A stretch of 26,553 bases of DNA, taken from IMG/VR virus record IMGVR_UViG_3300026484_000600. The stretch is one strand, 5' to 3'. Source of the stretch: a virus (lineage: Duplodnaviria; Heunggongvirae; Uroviricota; Caudoviricetes). This document shows positions 24,496-26,553 of the stretch, in pieces; position 1 is the first letter of the stretch, and every line of letters begins with the position of its first letter. The notes under the pieces are model-generated. The model saw only the letters and a program-made list of their open reading frames with translations, had not been told where the DNA came from and searched no databases. Position numbers and translations under genes: made by a program.

Positions 24496-26035
24496 TGGTT
24501 GGTTCCTCACCGTGGGGGTAATCTTCCCCTTTTGCTCTCTTTATTGATGACTTAATCCAAGGTTTTTTCAATTCTTCACTTAGAATCTCAACATCTTTAT
24601 CGATACCTAATTCTGCATATACATCGATTCCTTCTTCCTCATATTTTTCTTTAAACTCTTTAATCGTTTTTACTTTTTTAATTCTTAAATCCGTTCGACC
24701 AACTTTAGCAAAATGATAAAAATATTCGCACATTTCTGATAATTCTTCAAGTGTATTTACACTTTCAAACGATTGCATCATAGTTTCGACAGTCTTATTA
24801 TAACCGAATAATTCAGATATACTCAGTTCATCATCAATATAGCCTTCTAGCATAGAAATATAAGTATAATGATGGTATAGATTAGCTATTCTTACTTGTT
24901 GTAAATATTTTCTTTGGTATTCTAAACCTTCTTCTAAAAATTGGTCCTTTAAAGCTCGTTTATCACCATTATTCGGTGAATGTTTTGCTATATCTTCCCA
25001 ATCATCAAACATAAAATTTTCATAATCCTTAAAAGTATCATACATACTTTGATATAATTGTTTTATGTTTGGGAACTCTTTATTTTTATAACTTTTTAAT
25101 GTTACTTCAGTACTAAAGTCTCTCGGATTTTTATATTCTTCTATGGTTTGGTATGCTCTACCAAACGTATATGCTTTTGTTATTGCAGTACTATCAAATG
25201 AAAGAGTTTTAATTGGCAATAACCCTTTTTTAATCATCATAATAATAGGTATTATTCTTTGTGAAGATGCAACACCAAGTAAATGTATATGTTCTAAATA
25301 TTGAGGATTAATCTCACCACTATTTAATATTTTTGGAACAAAGTCAAATACTTTCATTATTCCTACTTTATTATCTGCATGACCACTTAATGATGCAATG
25401 GACATCCCTTGAATGTGATGTCCTATATGATCTAGGTTATTAAAAATGGATTTAGCATAACGCAAATATGAATCAATATCATAACCATGAATAATTGGTA
25501 ATATTTTAGTTGAAGCATTTAGAGATTCAAACATATCAATTTGTTTCTGTATATGTTTTGCAGATAATTCAGCATTTTGTTCTACTAGTTCATCTACAAA
25601 AACTTGTCCATAATCTCCTATTTTTGATTTTTTACCTAAGTCTTTAGCGATCATAATAGGCATTTCATCAAAAGTCATAGCATAATCTGAATATTTAGCT
25701 TGTACGGTATAAACTTTTTCTTTAACTTCATCATTGATTGTTTTACCGGCTGTGAGAACTTGTAATCCTCCAGAATCTGAATAAACTTTATCATAACCAA
25801 AATTATTATGTTCTTTTATAGATCGACCATCACCTTCTTCTTGATAAGCATTAAATAAAGTACTAACATTTATATACCCTTTGAGTTTACTTTCAATAAA
25901 TTTCATAAGACCTATATAATCTTTAATATTTTCCTCTTTTAATTCTTTATTAGAATTATTAATTTTGGCAAAACTAGCAAAAGAACCTGCAACATAATCA
26001 AGTTTAACGCCATTCACTAATTTAGTTTTAGCCAT
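24482..26035 (-). CDS. TGT/DpdA-fold transglycosylase paralog 4
   Basis: DSGGLQ, AMTFDEMP, IIHG, HLLG, SFDS; closest to paralog 2 (shared IASLS..ADNKVGIMKVFD). Confidence 0.88.
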   Translation of the reverse strand: MAKTKLVNGVKLDYVAGSFASFAKINNSNKELKEENIKDYIGLMKFIESKLKGYINVSTLFNAYQEEGDGRSIKEHNNFGYDKVYSDSGGLQVLTAGKTINDEVKEKVYTVQAKYSDYAMTFDEMPIMIAKDLGKKSKIGDYGQVFVDELVEQNAELSAKHIQKQIDMFESLNASTKILPIIHGYDIDSYLRYAKSIFNNLDHIGHHIQGMSIASLSGHADNKVGIMKVFDFVPKILNSGEINPQYLEHIHLLGVASSQRIIPIIMMIKKGLLPIKTLSFDSTAITKAYTFGRAYQTIEEYKNPRDFSTEVTLKSYKNKEFPNIKQLYQSMYDTFKDYENFMFDDWEDIAKHSPNNGDKRALKDQFLEEGLEYQRKYLQQVRIANLYHHYTYISMLEGYIDDELSISELFGYNKTVETMMQSFESVNTLEELSEMCEYFYHFAKVGRTDLRIKKVKTIKEFKEKYEEEGIDVYAELGIDKDVEILSEELKKPWIKSSIKRAKGEDYPHGEEPTNALF

Positions 26036-26061
26036 ACAATTTCCTTAATATTTTTATATTA

Positions 26062-26069
26062 ATTATACA
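26062..26069 (-). promoter_or_regulatory. TGTATAAT -10-type promoter box
   Basis: T-tract + TGTATAAT upstream of TGT paralog 4. Confidence 0.6.
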
Positions 26070-26073
26070 AAAA

Positions 26074-26553
26074 TTAAATAGTGTATTCCGGATATAAATT
26101 TATATAGCATCGACCAATACTTATGATATGAGATTTATTTAAAAAATTTGTTTTGTATATATTACTATGACCATTTATCGAGATTAAAATATTGTATTCG
26201 GATAAATGAGGATTGAAGTAAACAAAACCAATATCAATATCAAACATTCTATGATTGAATTTCTCATATATGACTGAGATTGCATCACGTCTCAGAGCAT
26301 TATCGTGAATAATTTTATATTGGAAGTCTTTTATATTTAATTCTGAAAGTTTTTTTATAATGTCTTCAGCTAAAACATTAATATTAAAATGTTTAGTTTT
26401 AAGAACAAAATTATAATTTTGGTATTTAATATTACTAACAAAAATATTCCCTTGTTTAACGAAAGATGATACATCACAATCAATATCGAAATCTTTATTT
26501 AAAAAAAACATGACCATCTCATGTATTTCACCATTATAATTACCTTTTCCCAT
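26074..26553 (-). CDS. Hypothetical protein (159 aa, may extend beyond window)
   Basis: ORF whose ATG is the last codon of the window. Confidence 0.6.
   Translation of the reverse strand: MGKGNYNGEIHEMVMFFLNKDFDIDCDVSSFVKQGNIFVSNIKYQNYNFVLKTKHFNINVLAEDIIKKLSELNIKDFQYKIIHDNALRRDAISVIYEKFNHRMFDIDIGFVYFNPHLSEYNILISINGHSNIYKTNFLNKSHIISIGRCYINLYPEYTI

Noticed and set aside
20385-26035. Calling the TGT-fold genes ordinary host tRNA-guanine transglycosylases (tgt)
   Set aside because: Four very divergent copies, no Zn motif, no FMPVGT-type N-terminus, and phage context. tRNA activity is not excluded but is not the best reading.
1-26553. tRNA, rRNA, CRISPR arrays, riboswitch (preQ1) or IS elements
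   Set aside because: Intergenic gaps are short, and none showed cloverleaf, direct-repeat, preQ1-aptamer or terminal-inverted-repeat patterns on reading. A covariance-model scan would be needed to be certain.

Overview
Very AT-rich, gene-dense segment with almost all genes on the minus strand. It reads as part of a large lytic phage genome: phage-type GroEL, NADAR, many small orphans and a freestanding homing endonuclease. The host is probably Campylobacterota (Arcobacter/Sulfurimonas-like), inferred from the QueE variant and promoter style. The left ~9.6 kb is an accessory region: GroEL (partial), NADAR, a nucleoside-deoxyribosyltransferase-like protein, a nucleotidyltransferase, a GGDEF protein and a PncB-type phosphoribosyltransferase. 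The right ~16.5 kb (9671-26035) is a large putative 7-deazaguanine DNA hypermodification locus. It holds FOUR divergent TGT/DpdA-fold base-exchange paralogs in two subtypes, QueE, a QueD-like T-fold protein with an LxxxHRHxF motif, two GT-B glycosyltransferases, a radical SAM enzyme, an SDR, an FAD oxidoreductase and an 826-aa orphan. All four TGT paralogs and one glycosyltransferase end in an xxLF C-terminus resembling a sliding-clamp-binding motif. One TGT paralog is split by a single-base frameshift at a GGG run that the ORF track hides. All assignments come from motif reading by eye; no searches were run.
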